From a virus, in the IMG/VR virus record IMGVR_UViG_3300028802_000007, positions 66,936-130,935 of that record: 64,000 nucleotides of DNA; one strand, given 5' to 3'. This document shows, piece by piece, positions 1 to 8,915 of this stretch (positions within the stretch are counted from its first letter, which is position 1; each line of letters begins with the position of its first letter). The notes under the pieces were generated by a model. That model made no database searches, had not been told where the DNA came from, and was given only the letters and a program-made list of their open reading frames with translations. A program made the position numbers and the translations under genes.

Positions 1-969
1 GGTCGTGGCGGTCGCGCTGTCGCCGGACAGCGGCCCCGGCACACCGAGCGTCGGCGAGTTGATGTAGGTGCCGTTCTTGCCGTTGCCGGAGTCATCGGTG
101 GCGGTCGTACCGGACGGATCGTCCAACCGCCAGAAGCCACGCGGCACATCGGAGATGACGACGGCGGAGTAGACGCTTCGCGTGGCCGATGCAGCGGCGT
201 AGTGGTTCGCGACCTGCTGAGCCGTCAGGGCGTAGGGATAGATGGCGACTTCGTCGAGCCCGCCGTTGAGGTAGTTACTCGCCCCATTCGCACCCGCGCC
301 GATGAACATCGGGAGGGCGTCGCTGGTGATCGACGTGTTGGCACCGTAGACATCGGTATCGAGCTGCCCATCGACGTACAGCAGCCACGAAGTGCCAGAC
401 ACCGTGCCGACGGCGTGGTGCCACACGTTGTCGTCGTAGTTCTTGAAGGTCCGAACGCGGTTGCCGTCGGCAGGCGTCCAGTAGAGCCGATGGTCGCCAC
501 CGCCAAGGAACAACAGCCACGGGCCGTTGGAGCCCTTGTAGATAAGGGACATCGTCGTCGAGGTGTTGTTGACGATGAACCAGCACTCGTACGACAGGTC
601 CCCCAGGAACATGTCCGGGTGGTCGGGGACGCTGACGTACTCAGAAGAGGCGGAGGCGACCGAGATCGAGGGGTTGGAGTCGCCGGACAGCGCGGACGGA
701 CCATTCAGCGTCGGCGTGTTGACGTACGTCGCATTCCAGGCGGCGATCTCGTCAACTGCCGACGTGCCCGCCAGTTCACCGAGCCGGTAGTAGACGAGCG
801 GTCGGTCGCCGGAGATCGTGTCGAAGTACGACATGACCGGATTGGCGGCAGGCTGAATGACCGCGTTGGCGGTGAACGAGCCGGTCTGGGTGATTGGTCC
901 AGCGGTCGCCGGGATGACCTTCCTCGGTCGGAAGATCTGCGCTGACCGGCGATAGGCTCCGCGAGCCAC
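1..969 (-). CDS. LamG/concanavalin-A-like domain virion protein (partial, runs off left edge)
   Basis: Manual translation from GTG at 969: ...PLVYYRLGE...SYECWF...WHHAVGT...LYVDGQL...GGLDEVAIYPYALTAQQVANHY, then a second repeat GFWRLDDPSGTTATDDSGNGKNGTY. Absent from the ORF track because it has no stop in the window. Confidence 0.85.
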   Translation of the reverse strand, partial: MARGAYRRSAQIFRPRKVIPATAGPITQTGSFTANAVIQPAANPVMSYFDTISGDRPLVYYRLGELAGTSAVDEIAAWNATYVNTPTLNGPSALSGDSNPSISVASASSEYVSVPDHPDMFLGDLSYECWFIVNNTSTTMSLIYKGSNGPWLLFLGGGDHRLYWTPADGNRVRTFKNYDDNVWHHAVGTVSGTSWLLYVDGQLDTDVYGANTSITSDALPMFIGAGANGASNYLNGGLDEVAIYPYALTAQQVANHYAAASATRSVYSAVVISDVPRGFWRLDDPSGTTATDDSGNGKNGTYINSPTLGVPGPLSGDSATATT

Positions 970-1032
970 GGGGTGGTATCCCCTTTAGGTCTAGCTCATG
1001 GGATTGAGCTCAGTGTTCCCGGCGCGAGCGCC

Positions 1033-1332
1033 TCAGGAGAGGGAGATGATGTCCTCGAGCCGGACGCCCACCGCCGGATACATGGGGTCGTCGGTCACGA
1101 TCTCCCAGTGCTCCGTGGTGTCCTTGCCGACGGCGATGCCCTCTTCGTCGTAGACGCGCTCGACCTGGTCGAAGCGTCGGAGGGTGCCGGTGACCTTGAC
1201 GATGACCGGCTCACCGGCCTTGACCGGCTCCGGGTAGTCCTCGGTGTTGGTCTGGCTGACTCGCTCGTGGACCTCGGCGTAGACCCCATGCTGGAGCGAG
1301 AACGTGCCCTTGTCGCCGTCCTTGTACGCCAT
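1033..1332 (-). CDS. hypothetical protein
   Basis: ORF coupled to the upstream stop (TGATG), RBS GAGGAGG. Confidence 0.7.
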   Translation of the reverse strand: MAYKDGDKGTFSLQHGVYAEVHERVSQTNTEDYPEPVKAGEPVIVKVTGTLRRFDQVERVYDEEGIAVGKDTTEHWEIVTDDPMYPAVGVRLEDIISLS

Positions 1333-1826
1333 CAGTTGACCTCCTCGTATTCGAGCGTGGCTCCCCAGCCGGTCAGGGTCGTCGGAGTGCCCTGAAGCTG
1401 GAAGACGAAGCTGAGGTCGAGGCCGATCATCGGGCGGTCCTCAGGCAGGAAGATCTTCTCGAAGCCGTTCAGGTTGTTGAAGCCCTCCCAGCCCATGACC
1501 GTCAGCGTGCCGCCGCCGTTGGCGGACGAGTCGGTGCCAGCCGATGCGGCTGCGTTCGAGGTCGAGCCCGCCAGGCCCGACGCCACGGAGTTGACGGTGA
1601 TGGGGGCGGGCGTGGTGCTGGTGAACGTGCCGAAGGCCGACGCCTTCATGCCCCAGCGGACGGCGAGCTGCTGGCTCGTGGAGGTGCCCGACTGTCCGCA
1701 TGTCAGGCGGTAGATGCGGATGATGGACGCACGGCTCGTGGCGGCGGTGGCGCACCTGACCGTGATCATCTCGGAGTCCGCGATGACGGTCTGGTTCGCC
1801 ATCGTGACGACGTAGAGAGAACTCAT
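1332..1826 (-). CDS. putative virion structural protein (Ser/Thr/Gly-rich)
   Basis: RBS AGGAG, beta-rich composition, position in the late operon. Confidence 0.6.
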   Translation of the reverse strand: MSSLYVVTMANQTVIADSEMITVRCATAATSRASIIRIYRLTCGQSGTSTSQQLAVRWGMKASAFGTFTSTTPAPITVNSVASGLAGSTSNAAASAGTDSSANGGGTLTVMGWEGFNNLNGFEKIFLPEDRPMIGLDLSFVFQLQGTPTTLTGWGATLEYEEVN

Positions 1827-1835
1827 CGCGAACTC

Positions 1836-2579
1836 CTACTGGGCGAGGATCGCCTTGTTTGACCGCCATCTAGGGTAACCCACGGGTGGGTTGTCGGCGG
1901 CGGGCGGAACGACTTGGAACGACGCCGCCACCACGAGTGTGCTGGTGATGGAAGTCGTGATAGACAGGGTCATGATGGCGGTGTGGCCGCCGGAGTTGCT
2001 GTTGGAGACCAGCGTCGCGTGGGAGTAGTGATCGACCGACGACACACCGTTGTTGGACGCCCGTAGCGTCGGCGTGCCGTGGTTCGATGTCCAAGTGTCG
2101 TTGGACGCTCTGGCAACGCTGCGCCTGTCGGCACCGACCATCGCCACCAGTTCTCCCGACAGAAGGTCAGCGTTAGCGAAGGTAGTAGTGTTGGGACTCG
2201 AAGTAGAACTACCCTGCGCGGTCTGGTCTAGCGGTATGTTTCCACCGCCAGAGAACTCGCCACCCGACCACTCTTCGAGATGCGCCGCCGTGATGAAACC
2301 GGCGAGCCCCGTGATGGTCGGAGCCGCATCTGACCCAGCGGCGATCTTGAAGAAGATCGAGCACGCGCAAGTGCCCCCGTCCGAGATGTTGACTGTGGAC
2401 AGCCAACCCGAAGGTGCCGCGTATGACAGGGCCGTGACGCCACCAGCGGTGCCGCTCACGAAGCACAACAGCAGGTTGTTCGCCGTTCGGCTCGATCCTG
2501 CGCCATACGCTGGCGTGACGTTCCCGCCAGACGTGCTGACCGACGCCGTCCCGGCTGATCCGACGAGCGCGTAGGCCAT
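1836..2579 (-). CDS. putative virion structural/decoration protein (Ser/Thr-rich)
   Basis: Likely start MAYALVGSAG at 2579; composition typical of virion beta-sandwich proteins. Confidence 0.6.
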   Translation of the reverse strand: MAYALVGSAGTASVSTSGGNVTPAYGAGSSRTANNLLLCFVSGTAGGVTALSYAAPSGWLSTVNISDGGTCACSIFFKIAAGSDAAPTITGLAGFITAAHLEEWSGGEFSGGGNIPLDQTAQGSSTSSPNTTTFANADLLSGELVAMVGADRRSVARASNDTWTSNHGTPTLRASNNGVSSVDHYSHATLVSNSNSGGHTAIMTLSITTSITSTLVVAASFQVVPPAADNPPVGYPRWRSNKAILAQ

Positions 2580-2598
2580 CAGCCACCACCGGTCATCA

Positions 2599-3051
2599 TC
2601 AGCCCAGCATACGCGAGGCGATGGCGTCCACTTCACCCTCTTCGCCGGTCATCACCATGCCGTTGGGCATGAGCCACAGGCGGGTGACGTGGCGGCCATG
2701 CTTCTTGCCGACGACGTGGGCGGTGACCGTCGGTCCGATGGTCGAGCCGATGATGCCGACGTGGTGACGGTGGTAGAAGAACTGGTCACCCTCCGACGTC
2801 GTCATGCACAGCATCGGCTGACCCGACTCCTTGCTCATCAGGAACCAGATGCCAGGCCGGCGGAAGGTGTCGCGGTTGCCCTCGATCCAACCGGGCGTGT
2901 CGAGATCGATACCGATGTTGCCGCCCACCTCGTCGTCAGGCTGGAAGACGAGGAAGACCGGAAGGTCGCCGACCCAGCCGCTCTCCGGGTGGTCGGCAGG
3001 GACGGGGACGGTGCTGACCTCGACCGCCGTGCCCTCGAAGATCTCTACCAT
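2599..3051 (-). CDS. hypothetical protein
   Basis: ORF overlapping the upstream glycosyltransferase stop. Confidence 0.65.
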   Translation of the reverse strand: MVEIFEGTAVEVSTVPVPADHPESGWVGDLPVFLVFQPDDEVGGNIGIDLDTPGWIEGNRDTFRRPGIWFLMSKESGQPMLCMTTSEGDQFFYHRHHVGIIGSTIGPTVTAHVVGKKHGRHVTRLWLMPNGMVMTGEEGEVDAIASRMLG

Positions 3052-3923
3052 GTGATGCCCAGCCTCTCTCGAGCCTGCGCCGGGGTGAGCGCCTTGTGGC
3101 CGACATCACCGAGCTGGCCCTCGCGGAAGTCCTGCTCGTCGGGCTTGCGGAAGGCGATCTCGCGCAGGAACGTCTCCTCATTCACCGTGGTCGGACCGAC
3201 GTGGCCGATCTTGATGGACGTGTCCACGAAGATGCGGGAGCCGGACTCCTTGGCCTCACGGCAGAACAGGAAGTCCTCGCCGTACTCGCCCTGCCAGCGG
3301 AAGAACGGCGGAGGGCGCATGCCCTGACGCTGCTCGAGGTCGGGGAAGCCCTCACCGGTCTGCTTCCGCAGGATGCGATCGAAGACGCGCTTGTGGATCA
3401 GGACGAAGGCCATGCCGGTGGCGTCCACCTCGACGGCCTCGTCGTCGCCCCAGTCCTCGAGGAAGGTGTAGCCGTGCTCCGCCTCAGCGGCCTTGACGTA
3501 CATCGTCGGCTGGTAGGGCGGCGTCCGCTGGAAGCACAGGCCACCGACCATGTCGAGGTCGAACTTCTCGCGGGTCTTGACGAGCTCCGTCACGGCTCCC
3601 GGCTGGAAGGCCATGTCGGAGTCGATGAACAAGATCCAGTCGCCGTCCATCTTGGCGATGCACTCGTTGCGCTGGTGGACGAGGACGTTGCCTTGGATGA
3701 TGAACCGCTGGCTGTACTCGCCCGGACCGATGTAGGTCCGGTCATCCATCAGCCAACTGATGGCCGTCTGGGCGGACACGTTGTCGCGGGTGACCATGGC
3801 GATCGTGCCGACGCATCTCTGCTCCGGCACGACCTCCTCATTGAGCTCGAGCACCGACATCTCGGTGCCATCGACAATCCCGGCCCGGACCTGTCGGCGG
3901 GCCTTAGGGGTCCTGGTCGTCAC
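3045..3923 (-). CDS. GT-A fold glycosyltransferase
   Basis: WILFIDSDMAF (DxD), VDATGMAFVLIHKRVF, GEDFLFC, VDTSIKIGH motifs. Confidence 0.85.
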   Translation of the reverse strand: MTTRTPKARRQVRAGIVDGTEMSVLELNEEVVPEQRCVGTIAMVTRDNVSAQTAISWLMDDRTYIGPGEYSQRFIIQGNVLVHQRNECIAKMDGDWILFIDSDMAFQPGAVTELVKTREKFDLDMVGGLCFQRTPPYQPTMYVKAAEAEHGYTFLEDWGDDEAVEVDATGMAFVLIHKRVFDRILRKQTGEGFPDLEQRQGMRPPPFFRWQGEYGEDFLFCREAKESGSRIFVDTSIKIGHVGPTTVNEETFLREIAFRKPDEQDFREGQLGDVGHKALTPAQARERLGITW

Positions 3924-3926
3924 CGC

Positions 3927-4247
3927 CTATGCGACGGTGACAGAGAGCGTCGCGACGGTCGAGTTGTCGGACGCCTTCTTGAGCGCCACCGTCCACGATC
4001 CGGCGGACGGGAAGATGTAGTTGTTGAAGACGTGAGCCCCGCCGTTGGGGGTGAACAGGTAGCTCTTGCCGTACACGACCGCACTCTTGGTGAAGTCGAT
4101 GTAGTACACGATGGCGGGCTCCGTCGGGTACTTCAGCGGATCGAACGCGGCGCTGTCGTTGGTCGGCGCTGCCGCCACGGTCACCCTGCACACCGTCTTG
4201 GTGGCAGTGATGGCCCCCGATGCGGGGACGATCGCCAATGTCGTCAT
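3927..4247 (-). CDS. small putative virion protein (Ig-like)
   Basis: RBS AAGGAG; FPSAGSWTVAL...VATLSVTVA resembles Ig/PKD-like strands. Confidence 0.5.
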   Translation of the reverse strand: MTTLAIVPASGAITATKTVCRVTVAAAPTNDSAAFDPLKYPTEPAIVYYIDFTKSAVVYGKSYLFTPNGGAHVFNNYIFPSAGSWTVALKKASDNSTVATLSVTVA

Positions 4248-4308
4248 CAGTTACTCCTTGAACTGCTCGCGACTGTGACCAAGTGGTCCGCGTCAGGGTA
4301 CACGACGC

Positions 4309-4995
4309 CTACCAGCTTTGGTCGCGCAACCGGCTCAGTTTCGGAGCCTGGGTGACCGACAGGTCCCCGCCTTGGTCCCACGGTGTGGAGTACGTTTCCG
4401 CCCATGGCTCGCCGCCCCACTTACGGGCGTGGTACTGCTTGTTGAGGGGGTAGCTGTGATCGTTGCGGGTACCGGGCTCACGGATCGTGACGCTGCCGCC
4501 CTCGGCCTGCGTCGTGGTGGACTCGAGGTTGATGACCTTGACGCCCAGGTTCTTGGCCCGCCAGTCCCAGTCGCTGTCCTCGCAGTAGCAGGGGATGTAG
4601 TTCTCATCGAACCAGCCAGCGAGCTCGATGGCCTTGTCGTTGACGGCGAACGCGGAATAGCCGCAGATGGATACGTTCACGGGGCCCGACGCACTCCACA
4701 TCGCGTCAGCAAGACGAGCGAGGTCTCCCGGGCCGAAGACGATGTCGGCGTTGGGGAAGAACCACCACGGGGCCCGGAGATTGGCCTTGATGATGAAGTT
4801 CAGAGCCGCCCCCCAGCCTAGGTTGAAACCGGGCTGGCAGACGAAGCGGTCGCCCGTCCACGGATGCTCGTCGGGGACGTACCCGCCGCCGTTGTCGAGG
4901 ACGTAGTAGCGGACAACGCCAAGATCGACCCCAGCCTCCATCCGCCCCGCCAGGTCGTAGCGGTTGAGGATGGGCAGGCCCATCACCGGGATCAT
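4309..4995 (-). CDS. GT2-family glycosyltransferase
   Basis: PILNRYD, VLDNG, NLGWGAALN, FPNADI, GWFDENYIPCYCEDSDWDWR. Confidence 0.85.
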   Translation of the reverse strand: MIPVMGLPILNRYDLAGRMEAGVDLGVVRYYVLDNGGGYVPDEHPWTGDRFVCQPGFNLGWGAALNFIIKANLRAPWWFFPNADIVFGPGDLARLADAMWSASGPVNVSICGYSAFAVNDKAIELAGWFDENYIPCYCEDSDWDWRAKNLGVKVINLESTTTQAEGGSVTIREPGTRNDHSYPLNKQYHARKWGGEPWAETYSTPWDQGGDLSVTQAPKLSRLRDQSW

Positions 4996-5675
4996 CCGAA
5001 CCTCACGACCGGGCTCGCCGTCGGGGCGAACGCGGCGGCGATGGCGTCGTGGCGTTCTAGCCAGAGAGCCTGATCATGGTCCCAGCCGGCTCTGGCGTTG
5101 CGGTAGGTGTCGTCCCACGGAGCCGAGTTGGCGGCGTTGTAGACCGGGTGGAGGTGCTCCACGGTGGCCTCGACGGCATGGGCATACTCGCCCTGCTGGA
5201 GGGCCGTCCAGAACATCTCGTTGTCAGCGAAGTTGTGGAGGTAGCCCGGGTGGAACGCCAGACCGGGGGCGTCGTACACAGCACGGGCGAGGTACTCGCG
5301 GCGGATCACTGCCTGGGTGCCCATGGGGTTGTGCATGTCGTTCATCACCACGCACGAGGGCCCCTCGGCCATGACCATCAGGGCCCGCGTCAGCCAGCCC
5401 CTGTGGTGGATGACGTCGTCGGAGCCGAAGAACAGGGAGTCGGCGTCATCGAGGTAGTCGATGAGCTTGTTCATCCGGGTGACGTAGCGCCGGTCCTCGA
5501 CATCACTATCGTCCAGGTACCACTCGCCCAGCTCGTCAAGGATATCCATCGACGCCTCGTCGCTCACACAGAACAGCATCGTGTGCGGCTCCGGCGTGTT
5601 GGCCCGGATGTTGGCGACGGTGTCCCGTAGGCGCTGTGGTCGATTGAGCGACGGGATGAGGATGGCCGTCGTCAT
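4992..5675 (-). CDS. GT2-family glycosyltransferase
   Basis: Start MTTAILIPSLNRP; FFGSDDVI, HNFADNE, VEHLHP motifs. Confidence 0.8.
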   Translation of the reverse strand: MTTAILIPSLNRPQRLRDTVANIRANTPEPHTMLFCVSDEASMDILDELGEWYLDDSDVEDRRYVTRMNKLIDYLDDADSLFFGSDDVIHHRGWLTRALMVMAEGPSCVVMNDMHNPMGTQAVIRREYLARAVYDAPGLAFHPGYLHNFADNEMFWTALQQGEYAHAVEATVEHLHPVYNAANSAPWDDTYRNARAGWDHDQALWLERHDAIAAAFAPTASPVVRFG

Positions 5676-5835
5676 GACAGCGGCTGCCAAGGGAGGTGGC
5701 GGCTGACCTTGAGCTTGTGCTCCTCGCACACGATCAGATCCGCCAAGTGCTGGCCCAGAGCAACCCTCGCCACCGCTGGCTTGCCGCACAGGGGTGGGTG
5801 GGGCGTCTTGAAGTTATTGAGCGGGTAGTTGCACT

Positions 5836-6627
5836 TCATCGGAACTCAGCCGACTCACGCCACATGACGTGCGGCTCCCAGCCGGGCACGTCGTTGCGGG
5901 CGACGTAGTAGGGGGCGTCACCGTAACGCTTCGGCCCGTGACTGAACTTCAGGCCCAGATGGAGAGCGATCTGGAGGACCGACACGGCGTTCATCTCCCC
6001 ACCGCCCACGTCCCACGTCTTGTTGCTGTAGGTCCCGAAGTCATCGATCTGGAGGAGCATCAGGCGGACGTAGTCGCTGACGTGGAGGAGGTCGCGCATG
6101 GCCGATCCGTCGCCGTTGATGACGACCGGCAGACCCTCCGCCCGGGCCTTGCAGAACCACGCGATCCAGCCGGAGTCCTCGCTACCCTCCTGCCCGGGCC
6201 CGTAGACGGTGCCGGGCCGGTTGATGATGAGCGGAACGTCGTAGGCCGACTCGTGCTCCTCTGCCCACAGCTCGACCATACGCTTGGCAGCACCGTACGG
6301 GGTCATGCCGTCAGCGGCCTTGCAGGAGCTCGTCAGGAGGACGGGGATGTTGCCCTCGCGGGCGGCGTCGAGCATGTTCGCCGCCGTGACCACCGTGTCG
6401 TTGAAGGTGCCCATCGGGTCCTTGACCGAGCCCGGCGTGGAGCACACCGACGCGAGGTGGACGATGACGTCGGGCCCGAAGGCGGCGACCAGCAGCGTGG
6501 CGCTGTGGTGGGCGAGGTCGAAGCCGTCCTTCTTGTCGAGACCGAGAACGGTGTCGCCGCGCCCCTCGAGAGCCCGCACCAGATGCTTCCCGATGAAGCC
6601 AGCCGAGCCGGTGACGAGGACCCTCAC
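5836..6627 (-). CDS. NAD-dependent nucleotide-sugar epimerase/dehydratase
   Basis: VLVTGSAGFIG Rossmann motif, HLAS, TSS, YGAAK (YxxxK), VYGPGQ, RDLLHVSD. Confidence 0.92.
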   Translation of the reverse strand: MRVLVTGSAGFIGKHLVRALEGRGDTVLGLDKKDGFDLAHHSATLLVAAFGPDVIVHLASVCSTPGSVKDPMGTFNDTVVTAANMLDAAREGNIPVLLTSSCKAADGMTPYGAAKRMVELWAEEHESAYDVPLIINRPGTVYGPGQEGSEDSGWIAWFCKARAEGLPVVINGDGSAMRDLLHVSDYVRLMLLQIDDFGTYSNKTWDVGGGEMNAVSVLQIALHLGLKFSHGPKRYGDAPYYVARNDVPGWEPHVMWRESAEFR

Positions 6628-7547
6628 TTGAGCTGGAGGTGGTCAGCGAGGTAGGTGCGGAAGTACGCGACGGTCCTCTCCACGCCGATCTCGAGGGGCA
6701 GCAACCCGGCGGCGGAGATGCCAAGGGGCTCGAGGGTCGTCGGGTCACCGAGCACGACGGAGTGCTCCCCCTCGCCGGGACGCATCGGGAGGTGGACGAT
6801 GTCGGCCACGACGCCAGCCTGGTCCGCGACCTCGCCTGCGACGAGGTGGGCGATGTCGTTGACGGTGGTCCGCCTGCCGGTGCCGGCCTCGAACGTGCCT
6901 GACGCACCATCGGTGGCGGTCTTCTCGAGGGCGGTGACGAGGATGTCCGCCACGTTCCCGACGAAGATCATGTCCATGATCTGGAGCCCGTCGCCATAGA
7001 TCTCGATCGGCTCGCCGGACAGGGCCCGGCAGACGAAGGAGGGCATGACCTTGCGGACGCGGGAGGGGCCGTAGGGCTGGGCGGCCACCTGTCGGGGCCC
7101 GTAGGCGTTGAGGGCCCGGACGACCGAGACACGGGAGCCACGGTACTTCGCGTACATGTCCGCGAACCGCTCGACCGTGTTCTTGGTGATGGAGTAGGTG
7201 TTGTTCTCCCAGTAGTTCCCGACGGCGATGTTTACCAGCGGGACGTCGTACTCGTTGCAGGCCTCGAGGACGTTGAGGCCGCCGAGCACGTTCGTGTGGG
7301 CAGCAGGGCGCGGGTTGGCGATGGTCTCCTGGGTCCCCAGCACACCGCCGAGATGGATGACGCCTTCCGCGTGCGCCACGGCTTCGTTGACCGCCACCTC
7401 ATCCCTGATGTCACCAAGGAAGACCTCGTAGGGAGAGTCGCGACGGATGTGGTCGAAGACGACCACCTCGTAGCCCCGGGCCTTCAGCTCCTCGCAGACG
7501 TAGCCGCCGATGAAGCCGGAGCCGCCCGTAACCAGAACACGCTTCAC
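6624..7547 (-). CDS. NAD-dependent nucleotide-sugar epimerase/dehydratase
   Basis: VLVTGGSGFIG, YSITK (YxxxK), NAYGPRQ, IYGDGLQ. Confidence 0.92.
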   Translation of the reverse strand: MKRVLVTGGSGFIGGYVCEELKARGYEVVVFDHIRRDSPYEVFLGDIRDEVAVNEAVAHAEGVIHLGGVLGTQETIANPRPAAHTNVLGGLNVLEACNEYDVPLVNIAVGNYWENNTYSITKNTVERFADMYAKYRGSRVSVVRALNAYGPRQVAAQPYGPSRVRKVMPSFVCRALSGEPIEIYGDGLQIMDMIFVGNVADILVTALEKTATDGASGTFEAGTGRRTTVNDIAHLVAGEVADQAGVVADIVHLPMRPGEGEHSVVLGDPTTLEPLGISAAGLLPLEIGVERTVAYFRTYLADHLQLK

Positions 7548-7646
7548 AAGATCTCCTCAGGCGTGACGGCCTTGAAGGGTAGTGGGGCCGAGTCGCATTG
7601 ACAGGTTGTCTAGACCGCCGGGAAACCACCCGGCCCCGGAGTGAGT

Positions 7647-8027
7647 TTAGACGGCGATGGAGTTGACCACACCGCTGATCGCGGCCACGTCGGCCTCGAG
7701 CTGGGCGATGATGGCCGGATCGACCGCATCTGCGGTCAGCAGGGCGATCTGCGCGTTGAGGTCGTCCACGGTCGCCTGGAGAGCGGCTGTGGCATCAGCA
7801 GCGGCAGCAGCCGCGTCAGCAGCAGCGGCGGCGTTGGCTTCGTCCCGGGCCTTGGCCGCGTCGGCGTCGGTCGTGAGGGTTGCGACAGCAGAGACCAGGG
7901 TATCCGTAACGGCCATGAGTTCCTCCAAGTGTTTCTCGATCCGGCGGAGTCGGTGTCGGATGATCTCATCCTCGTCCTCGTCGCCGTCCACGTCGATGTT
8001 GATATTGATGTCGCGGTCGTCGGTCAT
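7647..8027 (-). CDS. hypothetical Ala-rich coiled-coil protein
   Basis: ORF with heptad-like Ala/Leu pattern; start uncertain. Confidence 0.55.
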   Translation of the reverse strand: MTDDRDININIDVDGDEDEDEIIRHRLRRIEKHLEELMAVTDTLVSAVATLTTDADAAKARDEANAAAAADAAAAAADATAALQATVDDLNAQIALLTADAVDPAIIAQLEADVAAISGVVNSIAV

Positions 8028-8141
8028 GCGGGCCTCGGGAGGGGGTAGTCGGGAGACCAGTGCGTTTCGCCTCACCGATAGAGGCCTCCGGCTGGGCTGA
8101 GGACCAACCAGAAGTTGCGTGGGTCTCCCGACCCCGAAAGA

Positions 8142-8411
8142 CTACTCCTCGTCAGGGGCCTTGATGGTGAACTTCTTGGTGGCGAGATCCTTCTCGCCAT
8201 CGGTGAAGGCCACCTCGAAGTCACCGTTCTCGAGGACCTGGAACTGGCCCTCCTGCACGGCGGCCCCGACCCGGCTGGTGCCGGAAGAACCGGGCCCCTC
8301 GACGCGGAACCAGAGCTCACCCTCGACGTCGCCGTCGTAGGTGAAGGTCAGGAAGTCGAAGACCTTGGCGGACTTGAGGTCCGTCTCGGACGTGATCTTG
8401 CCCTTCGCCAT
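8142..8411 (-). CDS. hypothetical protein
   Basis: Likely start MAKGKITSE just after the upstream stop. Confidence 0.6.
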   Translation of the reverse strand: MAKGKITSETDLKSAKVFDFLTFTYDGDVEGELWFRVEGPGSSGTSRVGAAVQEGQFQVLENGDFEVAFTDGEKDLATKKFTIKAPDEE

Positions 8412-8413
8412 GG

Positions 8414-8905
8414 CTACGCCTCGTCGTAGGAGTAGTTCACCGTCTGCTGAGTCCAGTTTCCCGGGCCGGCAGTGGCGTCCACGCGGAGCTGGAGGACCAA
8501 GTACTTGGTGTACACACCAGTCTGGCCTGCCGTGAACTGCTGAACGTCCCACGTCGCCTTGTTGCCGGTGGTGAACGTGGTGGCGTTGGTGTTGGCGATC
8601 GTCGAGGTGGCCGTGGTGCCCAGCTGGTACGTCACATAGGCCCCGGTGAAGTTGAACGTCGTGGACGTGTCCACGGTGCTGTTGAACCACACCTTGAAGC
8701 TCTGGACGTAGTTGGCCGGGGTCGCGGTGACCTTGAGCCTGATCCACTTCTCGTACGAGTTGGTGCCAACGGTGATGGGGTTGGCCTGACGGTTAGCCAG
8801 GGTGTTGGTGGCGTTGTCGGCGGACTCGAGGTCCACGCCCGCGACCGAGTCGGTGACGGTAGGCGTGGAGCCGTTCGAGACGCTGACCACAAGAGTTGCG
8901 GCCAT
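8414..8905 (-). CDS. putative virion structural protein
   Basis: RBS AAAGGA; Thr/Asn-rich beta protein ending YSYDEA; directly after portal. Confidence 0.6.
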   Translation of the reverse strand: MAATLVVSVSNGSTPTVTDSVAGVDLESADNATNTLANRQANPITVGTNSYEKWIRLKVTATPANYVQSFKVWFNSTVDTSTTFNFTGAYVTYQLGTTATSTIANTNATTFTTGNKATWDVQQFTAGQTGVYTKYLVLQLRVDATAGPGNWTQQTVNYSYDEA

Positions 8906-8915
8906 GTTCGTCCTT

